Both the position numbers and the translations under genes were made by a program. The notes beneath the pieces are model-generated. The model had not been told where the DNA came from and made no database searches. It was given only the letters and a program-made list of their open reading frames with translations. This document shows positions 34,250 to 44,220 of a stretch of 64,000 nt of DNA, in pieces. The stretch lies in assembly GCA_965248635.1 (NCBI GenBank), contig OZ252114.1, positions 2,847,814 to 2,911,813 of the forward strand. Reading direction: 5' to 3'. The DNA comes from Acidobacteriota bacterium. Lineage in GTDB: Bacteria > Acidobacteriota > UBA6911 > RPQK01 > CBDAPI01. Position 1 is the stretch's first letter; every line of letters begins with the position of its first letter.

Positions 34250-37202
34250 CATCCGTGAATCTGCTGAGTTCACGACCGAGGTCAACATCTTCAACACGGC
34301 CGACACAACTACCCAGCTGGATCTGGTACTCCTTACACCCGACGAGATTCTTCCTCCGGTAACTGTCGGCGCTCCCCCGGCGCAAGGCTTCGCGCCCACG
34401 TTTCCGGCCAAGGGCCTGTTGCACATTGAGGATGTTGCCGAATTCTTTGACGTGGCCTTGATCCCGGAGGGCTCCTACCTGGAGGTTCTCTCCGACACGC
34501 CGATCGGTGGATTCCAGTTCCTTCGCACTTCCGGCGGTGACCTGCTGGGTCTGAATGCAAAACGCCGTCTCGAGCACCTGAAGGTCCTCTACTTTCCCCA
34601 GCTGGCGGTCAGGGGGGGATTGAAGATGGAAGTGAACGTCGTGAACTATTCCCTGGACCCCGTTACGCTGGTGTTCTCAGCCACGCGACCCGATGGTCAG
34701 CTCTACCCGCAGGAAAACGGACTCCGGAACCCCGTGTCGCAGGACTTGAATCCGGCCACCGGCCTGGTAGAAAACGTGGAAGAGCTTTTCGAGTTCAGCG
34801 GTGACGGTCCCGGTGGAGGCCCCTTTGAAGGGTCTTTGAAAGTGGCGGCTTATCGCCAGGGCAAAGCTCCCCTGGGAGTCGACGGGGGAGGCGGGGAACC
34901 GATTGCGGCGATCAACGGTTCCGTCCGCTATGGGGTCGTGGCCACCGGATCGGAAGCGGCAGTTGCAGCGCTGCCGGCCGCCCAGAAAAGGGCAGTATTC
35001 TCTCACCTGGCGACCACGGAAGAAGAAGCGAAGCCCGAGGAAAGGTTTTTTACCGGCTTGGCGGCCTACAATAGTTCCTCGGCGGCCTCCAATCTGCGAA
35101 TCATGGCCTTTACCGAAGAAGGAGTCGAACTGGGCCTGTACGACACAGTTCTGGGACCGGGACAGAGGATTGCAGAGCTCATCACGAACATCATTCCCGG
35201 AGCTGCGGGCCAGAATGGGGGATATGTGTGGGCCGAGAGCAGCCAGCCCCTGCACTTCAGCTCACTCTTCGGTTCCAGTAACGCCACCTTGCTGGCCAAC
35301 GTGCCTCCCCAGCCTGTACCGGATGGATTTCTGCCTGATGCCGGCAAGCCGGATTTCCAGGTCGAACCTTCCTTTGCCCTGGTAAATCTGGCGGGCGATT
35401 CGAGTTTCATGACCGGGGGGGGAATGGGTGCACAAACTGGGTGGTCGATTGACGACGAACCCGGGGGAAGTGCTGCTCTGGGTGAAATTGATGAAGCCGG
35501 AAACTACGACGCACCCACAGCTTTTCCCGAACCTGCCGGGCCGCTCATGGTGGTGGCGGAAGAGGACGATCTCATCGCCGCAGCCACGATCGACCTCCTG
35601 GAGCTGGCTACCTTCAATCAGGATTCCATTCCGGGATTCCTCACGCAACTCGCCTACGTCCCCGCTGTCGACGCGCTCTACGCCGTTCTTAATCCCGGCG
35701 TCGGCGGAGCCGCTCCGGCCGGCCAGATCCTGAACTCGGTGATCGAGATAGAGGAGGATGCCCGCACCCTGCTGGTGGACCTCCCCGGTGAAGAAATCAG
35801 CGATCTGCTCGCTTTCGAGGCTTCGGTGGGAGAGAGCTTTCTTCTGGCCCTGAGCCGGACAAGCGACCGCATCTTCCGCATCGACCTGGAATTCCCTAGC
35901 GCTACCGAGATCGTCAGCGGGCTGGACGGCCCCGTGGCCATGGCCTGGAATCCGGTCACCGGCAACCTGCTGGTGGCGGATGAGAACAGCCTCTTTTCGG
36001 TATCCCGTGTGGAGCTGGAATCCGACCTGGTTTCGGGATTCGCCGGTAACGGGCGAGAGAAGGTTGCCCTGGCGACCCTGAATGCCGTGCAGGGGCTGGC
36101 AGCCGACGCCTGCAGCGGGAAAGTTTTCTGGACCAACAGTCTGGGAGAGGTTCAATCCTTTGATCCGGTGACGGGAAGCGTCTCGACAGTCGTCGACGGT
36201 CTCGGCCTTCCGGAGTCGATGGTGGCCCTTTACCGCAGTGATGCCGGCTGTCCGACCGCCCTTCGACTCCTGGTTGCGCAGACTGGCGGCGGGGAGGTCA
36301 GTCTCATCGATCCGTCCGATCCGGCTCCAGCGGAGCTCGCTCAGGTCGACTCACCCGAAGACCTGGTCTTTGTCCCCTCCGGCCTGGGATCGGGCGATTT
36401 GCTGCTGGTGGCTTCCCAGCTTCCAGTTCCCGCCGGTAATGGGCCGTTGGGGGACGTGGTCAGCGCGAGGGCGCCCGATCAGCATCAAGGCTACGCTACC
36501 AACACAGTGGGACTGGGGATCCCCGGAAGCGCGGCGGATTCACTTGGCGACTCTTATGGAATTCAATCCGTGCAGCATGACATTCTCGATCTCTCGGCCT
36601 ATTACGACGACTCCGAGCTTCACGTGAGCGTTGCCTTCGCCGAGACCATCAGTCCCTGTAATGCACCCTGCGAGAGTCCAGAAGACGGGGCCCTGGACGC
36701 GCTGGTCGGGTTCCTGGACCTGGACCTGGACCGGGATGCTACCAGCGGGGCACTGGCGTTTTCCGATCTCAACTCTACTGCTGATACGGGTCTGGGGGTT
36801 GAGGCCTGCGCAGCCTTTGAGTTTTACGATGAGGATGCCGGCGGGCTCCCTGTCCTTCTATTGATCGGAGAAGATTTCGTGGAAGTGGGCCGCGTGCCCG
36901 TGGACTTTGGGACCCACAGCGTGTCCTTTTCCATCCCGCTTTCGCTGCTGGGCGATGACAGCACCATGAACATTGCTGGGGTTTTTGGTAATGCCCGGCC
37001 GTTCTTCGGTGACGGCGCCGAGCCCACCGACGTTGCTCCCGATATCGGCTTCATCACCTCCGTGGCGAAGCAGGGAGATTCGCTTCAGGAGTCGCAGCCC
37101 CACCCGGGTGCAGCCTCGAGCGGTAGCCGTCTCCGCTTTCGAAGAGCTCCCACCGGGGGCCGATGGATGGGCCTGCGGCCCGTGCCCGAGGGTCTGAAGT
37201 AG
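34098..37202 (+). CDS. large secreted protein, main part (two more LYFP-type modules, NHL-like beta-propeller region, C-terminal domain)
   Basis: Meaningful sequence starts around ...SADGLTGFFLFL (about 34146). There are repeated modules (VLYFPQLAVRGGLKMEVNVVNYS..., VFSHLATTEE..FFTGLAAYNSS...) with matching module ends (SYLEVLSDTPIGGFQFL, GYVWAESSQPLHFSSLF). Propeller-like GLDGPVAMAWNPVTGNLLVADENSLF. Confidence 0.75.
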   Translation: MARWILPSWAGSRPPASADGLTGFFLFLILEQSQLDGADQPLISRKIAFNDIRESAEFTTEVNIFNTADTTTQLDLVLLTPDEILPPVTVGAPPAQGFAPTFPAKGLLHIEDVAEFFDVALIPEGSYLEVLSDTPIGGFQFLRTSGGDLLGLNAKRRLEHLKVLYFPQLAVRGGLKMEVNVVNYSLDPVTLVFSATRPDGQLYPQENGLRNPVSQDLNPATGLVENVEELFEFSGDGPGGGPFEGSLKVAAYRQGKAPLGVDGGGGEPIAAINGSVRYGVVATGSEAAVAALPAAQKRAVFSHLATTEEEAKPEERFFTGLAAYNSSSAASNLRIMAFTEEGVELGLYDTVLGPGQRIAELITNIIPGAAGQNGGYVWAESSQPLHFSSLFGSSNATLLANVPPQPVPDGFLPDAGKPDFQVEPSFALVNLAGDSSFMTGGGMGAQTGWSIDDEPGGSAALGEIDEAGNYDAPTAFPEPAGPLMVVAEEDDLIAAATIDLLELATFNQDSIPGFLTQLAYVPAVDALYAVLNPGVGGAAPAGQILNSVIEIEEDARTLLVDLPGEEISDLLAFEASVGESFLLALSRTSDRIFRIDLEFPSATEIVSGLDGPVAMAWNPVTGNLLVADENSLFSVSRVELESDLVSGFAGNGREKVALATLNAVQGLAADACSGKVFWTNSLGEVQSFDPVTGSVSTVVDGLGLPESMVALYRSDAGCPTALRLLVAQTGGGEVSLIDPSDPAPAELAQVDSPEDLVFVPSGLGSGDLLLVASQLPVPAGNGPLGDVVSARAPDQHQGYATNTVGLGIPGSAADSLGDSYGIQSVQHDILDLSAYYDDSELHVSVAFAETISPCNAPCESPEDGALDALVGFLDLDLDRDATSGALAFSDLNSTADTGLGVEACAAFEFYDEDAGGLPVLLLIGEDFVEVGRVPVDFGTHSVSFSIPLSLLGDDSTMNIAGVFGNARPFFGDGAEPTDVAPDIGFITSVAKQGDSLQESQPHPGAASSGSRLRFRRAPTGGRWMGLRPVPEGLK

Positions 37203-37364
37203 CGGCCGGGCTCCGATCACCAACTTTTGGCAGGCCCATTTGTAATTCTTAAGTGCTCCTTTGTGGGTACAGGGAGTACCAGCTAGTGTAGGGCGTCATC
37301 AGTTCTGATTTGTGATCCACTGAACTTGTGACGCGCGGATCAGGTCTTATGGAGTAGCAGCGAA

Positions 37365-38345
37365 ATGCAGCGCCAGGTTGTTGTACTGAGTCTTCTGGCC
37401 TTTTTCTCCTCGACTTCGTCCCGGGGGCAGGACATCGCCGCAAAGATCCTTTCGGTCCAGGGAACTGTAGAGGTCCAGGAGGGAACTCTCAACTGGGCAC
37501 CGGCGCAGGTAAACCAGACTCTGGCAGCAGGGGCAGTCGTTCGCACCGCGATTCGCAGCCGCGCAGCCCTTCTCCTGGCTGATGAGACACAACTGAAAAT
37601 CGGACCCAACGCGAGGCTGCAGCTGCGGCAAGTGCGACGCTCCAGCAATCTGCTGGAAAGAGTGAGCCAGGTTGTCGCTGGCGCGGAGCAAAGCATCCTC
37701 AATCTGGAGTCTGGAAAGGTCTGGTTACGTTCGAAGCGGGTTCCCGCTCGGGTCCGGGTCCGGACCCCCGCTGTCACGGCTGCTATCCGGGGAACCGAGT
37801 TCGTCGTCGACGTGCGAAGTGACGGCGAGTCGTTTGTAACGGTTCTGGACGGTTCCGTCGACATGAGCAATAACCAGGGAGCCGTGATCGTCAACTCGAG
37901 TGAGCAGGGACGGGCCCGGATTGGCGAAGCTCCGACCAAGATTGTCATTGTGAACCCCGACGATGCGGTGCAGTGGACCTTCTTTTACTCGGCCGAAGTC
38001 AGCCCCCGCGACTATCCCTTTCGCTATCGGACCCGAGCCGAGGCGCGCCAGGCCGCCCAGGCCATCGGGATCTCACCGGTGGCTCGAGCAGAGGCTCTCC
38101 ACGACGCCGGTGATCTGGAAGGGGCTCTGACCACCCTTCAGCCAGAGACCTCAGAGCATGCCGCCGAGATGCGAGGCTGGATCCTACTTGAGCAGAACCA
38201 GCTGGCATCGGCGTTTCAGGCATTTCAGGAGGCGGGTTCCAGAACCCGGGCGCGACTGGGCCGCTCCATCGTGCACTTGAGGCTGAACGAATTCGAACAA
38301 GCCTACGAGATGGTCGCCGATCCGGGCGCCGACACCGCCCTGTAG
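37365..38345 (+). CDS. FecR-domain protein with signal peptide and first TPR units; ends at an in-frame TAG
   Basis: Signal MQRQVVVLSLLAFFSSTSSRGQD. FecR-type core GTVEVQEG...AAGAVVRTAIRSRAALLLADETQLKIGPNARLQL...VRTPAVTAAIRGTEFVVDV. The stop TAG at 38343-38345 is in the same frame as the next ORF. Confidence 0.8.
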   Translation: MQRQVVVLSLLAFFSSTSSRGQDIAAKILSVQGTVEVQEGTLNWAPAQVNQTLAAGAVVRTAIRSRAALLLADETQLKIGPNARLQLRQVRRSSNLLERVSQVVAGAEQSILNLESGKVWLRSKRVPARVRVRTPAVTAAIRGTEFVVDVRSDGESFVTVLDGSVDMSNNQGAVIVNSSEQGRARIGEAPTKIVIVNPDDAVQWTFFYSAEVSPRDYPFRYRTRAEARQAAQAIGISPVARAEALHDAGDLEGALTTLQPETSEHAAEMRGWILLEQNQLASAFQAFQEAGSRTRARLGRSIVHLRLNEFEQAYEMVADPGADTAL

Positions 38346-38366
38346 CTGCACCGGGCACGGCTCGAC

Positions 38367-41066
38367 TTGCTGGCGGGCGAAGTGGCCTCGGCCCGCACGA
38401 CTCTGGAATCCCTTGGTCCGACGGCCGCGGCATATGGGCTGGCCCAGGGTTTGCTGGCCAACCTGAACCTGGTGGCCAATCGGAAAGAGGAAGCACTGCA
38501 GGCAGCTCTGAATGCCGTCGCTGCCAGTCCGGAATCACCTTCGGGACATCTGAATCTTAGCCGCGTTCAACAGAGCTATTTTGACTTGCCCGCTGCAACG
38601 CGGTCGGCCCGAGATGCGCTCGACCTGGATCCTGGTTTTGTGCCGGCCCTGGTCCAATACTCCGGGCTTCTGTACGGAGCCGGGAACAGCCGAGAGGCGC
38701 GAAAGGTCATCCAACAGGCAGCGGCACTGGCTCCGGAAGAAGCAAGCGTTCACTCGGCGCTCGGTTTCGTGCTGCTCGGCCAGGCCAAGACGGATGCTGC
38801 CGTGGCCGAGTTTGAACGGGCGATCCAGATCAATTCCGGCCAGGCCAACCCGCGTCTTGGCCTGGGAATCGCCCTGATGCGCCGGGGACAGTTCCCCGAT
38901 GCGGTGGCCGAAATCCTGGTCGCGACTACCCTGGAACCCAGGCTTTCCATTTACCACAGCTACCTGGGTAAAGCGTTTTACGAAGAACGCAAATTCGAAC
39001 AGGCCTTCAGCGCCCTCGATGCCGCCGTGGAGCTGGATCCGCGCGATCCGACCCCTCATCTGTACTCGGGCATTTTCCAGAATGATCTGAATCGCCCCGG
39101 AGTGGCAGTGGACCACTTCCAGGACTCGATCCTCCTGAACGACAAGCGGGCGGTCTATCGCAGTCGTTTTGTCCTGGATGAAGACCGGGCCACCCGAAAC
39201 GTCCAGCTGGCCACGGCCTACAACCGTCTGGGTCTTTCCGAGTGGGCCAACCTGGAAGCGGTGCTTTCCAATCTGGATGATCCGACCAACAGCTCGGCCC
39301 ACGTGTTTCTGGCCAACACCTTCCTGAATTTGCCCGGCCGAACGGGGGCCGCCGGCTCGGAACTGCTCCTAGCCAAGCTTCTACAGCCTGTGAACGCCAA
39401 CTCTTTCAACGCCTTCAACGACTACACGACGCTTTACGAACGTCCCAACATGAATTGGACCACCGAGGGCGCCTACGGCAGTTTCGACAGCGTGCTGGGC
39501 CGGCTTGTGGCCTCGGGAGGGACCAGCCGTTTCGCTTACGGCTCCGTCTTTCAGTACGACAAGACCGCCGGCTTTCGGGATGGGAATGACGGGCAAAAAG
39601 CCTACACGACATCGAACAATTTCAAGTTTGCCCTGACCCCACACAGTAGCCTGCTCGTCAGCTATGCTCACCAGCAGCAGCGGCTGGGCGACGTCGGCCA
39701 GGTCCTGATCACGGATGAGACTCCCGATCCCGACGAGACTACCTTCACCCGGTCGAACCGTGTCGAAGTCGGCTACCATCACAGGCTTCGACCCGGTTCG
39801 GAGCTGATGTTCTACTTCGCCGGGCGCACCAGCGAAATCGTAACCGATGATCTCTTTACGGTTAGATCCCCGAGCGCTCGCAGGCAATGCATACTGGAAC
39901 GAGTCCCTCCTCCTTGCGGCTTCGTGAGTCGTCGGAACTCACTAAAGACCCCCAATCTGACCTTCCAGGCTGCTCACTACTTGAAGGTGGATGACTTCGA
40001 TTTCAAGTACGGGTTTGATTCCTTAGAAGGCCGGCGCAACCTTACACTGTATTTGTACTACCGAGAGGATCAGTTGTTCCCCCCTCCGAGGGATCCGATT
40101 GAGGTGGTGCTGGATCCGATACAAGAAAAGCAGGACCTTAGCTACCGAACCCTTTTCTTCCACACCAACTACCATGCCCGGTCCAACCTGATCCTGAGCG
40201 GCGGGCTCAACTACGAATGGTCCAGCGATGACAATGTTTACATCGACCAAACCGACGTCGTGGGGGTAGATGAGAAGGGGTTTGCCATTTTCGGTGAAAA
40301 CAACTCTGACTGGCGGCTCAATCCTCAGTTCGGGGCGCTCTTCAACCCCGTCGAATCCTCAACCCTGCGGGTGGCAGTGATGCGGTCGCGCCAGTCGCTC
40401 GTCTCGGGTGGTAGCGGCGGGGCCTTTACTCGAGAGCGGTTAGTGCCCGTCCACCTGAACGGATTTCTTTCCACTCTCAACGAGATCGAACTGTCTCGCT
40501 CCTGGAGCTACAACGTCGGATGGGATCAAGAGATCGGACGCAAGACCTTTATTCGGGCCACGGCCTCCCGTCGCGACCGGAAGATTCCCTACGGAGTGGA
40601 GTTGGCAGTCCAAACTCGCCTGCTCTTCGAAGGACAGCTCTACAGAGCTGGAATCGAGTGGGATCAGTTCGTCGGTCGTCAGATCACGTTTGTGACTAGG
40701 TATGATTTCACCCAGGACGAAGGCTTAGCTCCCGTCGATCTGATCAGTGAAAGAACCCTTAGTCCTTATCGCAGGAACCACGAGGGAAGCGTGAGCCTCA
40801 ACTATATTAACCCCCGGGGCTTCTTTTTCAACGCCAGCCAGAATTTCTTCAAGCAGAATGGCGTGTTGGGGGTGCCGTTGCCCGAAACTGAGGTGTTCAC
40901 CACCGATCTGAGCGTCTCCTACCAATTTCCGGAGAGACGAGGATTGGTTTCATTTCGAATCAGCAACCTTTTCGACCGCCGCTACCAGTTCCTGGTCGAC
41001 CCGCTGGCGCTGAACCAGCGCATTCCCAAGCGTCAATACGAGATTTCGCTCAGTTTTAATTTCTGA
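38367..41066 (+). CDS. TPR-repeat protein fused to a C-terminal outer-membrane beta-barrel (BcsC/PgaA-like architecture); same frame as the FecR ORF
   Basis: 899 aa with about 8 TPR units (e.g. AIQINSGQANPRLGLGIALMRRGQFPDAVAEI). Then alternating beta-strand sequence ending ...YEISLSFNF (terminal Phe). There is no signal peptide of its own. The frame is open back to the TAG at 38343. Confidence 0.75.
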   Translation: MLAGEVASARTTLESLGPTAAAYGLAQGLLANLNLVANRKEEALQAALNAVAASPESPSGHLNLSRVQQSYFDLPAATRSARDALDLDPGFVPALVQYSGLLYGAGNSREARKVIQQAAALAPEEASVHSALGFVLLGQAKTDAAVAEFERAIQINSGQANPRLGLGIALMRRGQFPDAVAEILVATTLEPRLSIYHSYLGKAFYEERKFEQAFSALDAAVELDPRDPTPHLYSGIFQNDLNRPGVAVDHFQDSILLNDKRAVYRSRFVLDEDRATRNVQLATAYNRLGLSEWANLEAVLSNLDDPTNSSAHVFLANTFLNLPGRTGAAGSELLLAKLLQPVNANSFNAFNDYTTLYERPNMNWTTEGAYGSFDSVLGRLVASGGTSRFAYGSVFQYDKTAGFRDGNDGQKAYTTSNNFKFALTPHSSLLVSYAHQQQRLGDVGQVLITDETPDPDETTFTRSNRVEVGYHHRLRPGSELMFYFAGRTSEIVTDDLFTVRSPSARRQCILERVPPPCGFVSRRNSLKTPNLTFQAAHYLKVDDFDFKYGFDSLEGRRNLTLYLYYREDQLFPPPRDPIEVVLDPIQEKQDLSYRTLFFHTNYHARSNLILSGGLNYEWSSDDNVYIDQTDVVGVDEKGFAIFGENNSDWRLNPQFGALFNPVESSTLRVAVMRSRQSLVSGGSGGAFTRERLVPVHLNGFLSTLNEIELSRSWSYNVGWDQEIGRKTFIRATASRRDRKIPYGVELAVQTRLLFEGQLYRAGIEWDQFVGRQITFVTRYDFTQDEGLAPVDLISERTLSPYRRNHEGSVSLNYINPRGFFFNASQNFFKQNGVLGVPLPETEVFTTDLSVSYQFPERRGLVSFRISNLFDRRYQFLVDPLALNQRIPKRQYEISLSFNF

Positions 41067-41085
41067 AGGTTCCAAGGTTCCAAGT
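41066..41085. repeat. aaggttcc x2 word repeat directly after the OMP stop codon
   Basis: aaggttccaaggttccaagt uses the same GGTTCC word as the array at 14725-14820. Confidence 0.7.
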
Positions 41086-41237
41086 TGGCCGCGGCCTGGC
41101 GCCCGCGGTGTTGTTAATCAACTCTCTCGGTCACTTACCATCCAAATCAGAACCTGAAGCGCAGCGAGGGCCACTTCCGTATCCGGCGCCCGTCCCTGCT
41201 TTGAATTCGGAATCAATGGAGTTCATAATCAGCCCCG

Positions 41238-42680
41238 ATGAATGATGAAAAAGCGGACCTTGGAATGATCGGGCTGGGAGTGATGGGCCGCAACCTGGTC
41301 CTCAACCTCGAGGACCAGGGCTTTTCAGTGGCCGTCTGGAACCTGGAAAGCGATTGGACCGACGCTTTTCTGGACCAGGAGGGACGGGGCCGAAGGATGA
41401 TCGGTACCAAGAGCTTTCCGGAACTCGTTCGCGCCCTTGATCGCCCACGCCGAATTCTGATGATGATCAAGGCGGGCAGCCCGGTCGACGCCACCCTGGA
41501 GAGCCTTCTTCCCTGCCTGGAGCCCGGGGACCTCGTTGTCGACGGCGGAAATTCTCACTTCGAGGACACTTTGCGTCGCCAGCAGCTGGCTGGCGGAAAG
41601 GGCGTCCATTTCTTTGGTCTGGGTATTTCCGGGGGTGAGGAAGGGGCCCGTTACGGTCCCTCTCTGATGCCCGGGGGAGACCGCCTGGCTTACGAGCAGA
41701 AACTGCACTCAATGCTGGAAAAGATTGCTGCGGTCTCTGACGCAGGCCCCTGTGTGAGTTACATCGGTCCCGGTGGTGCCGGCCACTTTGTCAAGATGGT
41801 CCACAACGGGATCGAATACGGTGACATGCAGTTGATTGCGGAAGCCTATGAAGTGATGAGCCGAGGTCTGGGGATGGAGGCCCGTCGAATCGCAGGAGTT
41901 TTTGAGGAATGGAACCACCAAAGGCTCTCCTCCTATCTGATCGACATCACGTCCCGGATCTTGCAGGTCAAGGACACGAAGACCGGCAACCCTCTGGTGG
42001 AGATGATTCTCGACAGGGCCGGGCAAAAAGGAACAGGAAAGTGGACGGCGCAATCCGCGCTGGACCTGGGGGTGCCCGTTCCCACCATTGCCGCCGCACT
42101 CGATGCCCGCTTTCTTTCGGCTATCAAAGAGCAGCGGGTCGAGGCCGCCCGTTCCATGTCGCCACCTCGAGGGAGGTTGGACTCCTCCCAAGAGACTATC
42201 GTGAAGCAGCTCGAGGCAGCCCTCTACGCCTCCAGAATCTGCTGCTATGCCCAGGGAATGTCGGTCATTCGTTCCGGTTCAGGGGAGCACGATTGGAACA
42301 TCGACCCGGCCGAAGTATGTCGGGTCTGGAAAGCAGGCTGCATCATCCGAGCACGCGTTCTGGACGATATCCGGGAGGTCTTTCAGGCCACACCGACGAT
42401 CCCGAACCTGCTTCTCGATTCCCGCATCACTACCTTGATGCTGGGTTTCGAGGAGAATTGGAGAGGCCTGGTCACGAAGGCCCGACAGGCAGGGCTCCCT
42501 GCCCTGGCGATGTCGGCCAGCCTGGCCTATTTCGACGCCTTTCGATCCTCCACGCTGCCCTTGAACCTGACCCAGGCACAGCGGGATTACTTCGGAGCCC
42601 ATCGCTACCAGCGGATCGATGACCCTGAAGGCGAACCCGTCCACACCAGTTGGGACGAAGAAACGGGACCAGGAGCTTGA
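41238..42680 (+). CDS. gnd: 6-phosphogluconate dehydrogenase (decarboxylating)
   Basis: 480 aa with N-terminal ADLGMIGLGVMGRNLVLNL. Full-length match to the Gnd pattern (GGNSHFEDT, HFVKMVHNGIEYGDMQLIAEAY). Confidence 0.93.
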   Translation: MNDEKADLGMIGLGVMGRNLVLNLEDQGFSVAVWNLESDWTDAFLDQEGRGRRMIGTKSFPELVRALDRPRRILMMIKAGSPVDATLESLLPCLEPGDLVVDGGNSHFEDTLRRQQLAGGKGVHFFGLGISGGEEGARYGPSLMPGGDRLAYEQKLHSMLEKIAAVSDAGPCVSYIGPGGAGHFVKMVHNGIEYGDMQLIAEAYEVMSRGLGMEARRIAGVFEEWNHQRLSSYLIDITSRILQVKDTKTGNPLVEMILDRAGQKGTGKWTAQSALDLGVPVPTIAAALDARFLSAIKEQRVEAARSMSPPRGRLDSSQETIVKQLEAALYASRICCYAQGMSVIRSGSGEHDWNIDPAEVCRVWKAGCIIRARVLDDIREVFQATPTIPNLLLDSRITTLMLGFEENWRGLVTKARQAGLPALAMSASLAYFDAFRSSTLPLNLTQAQRDYFGAHRYQRIDDPEGEPVHTSWDEETGPGA

Positions 42681-42684
42681 GGGG

Positions 42685-44220
<1,536 letters not shown>

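Noticed and set aside
38343-38345. In-frame TAG as pyrrolysine or another programmed recoding event
   Set aside because: No pyl genes or recoding signal are visible, and the phylum is not known for amber recoding. A nonsense mutation, a sequencing error or low-level read-through are simpler explanations. It is kept as a finding only for the gene-architecture implication.
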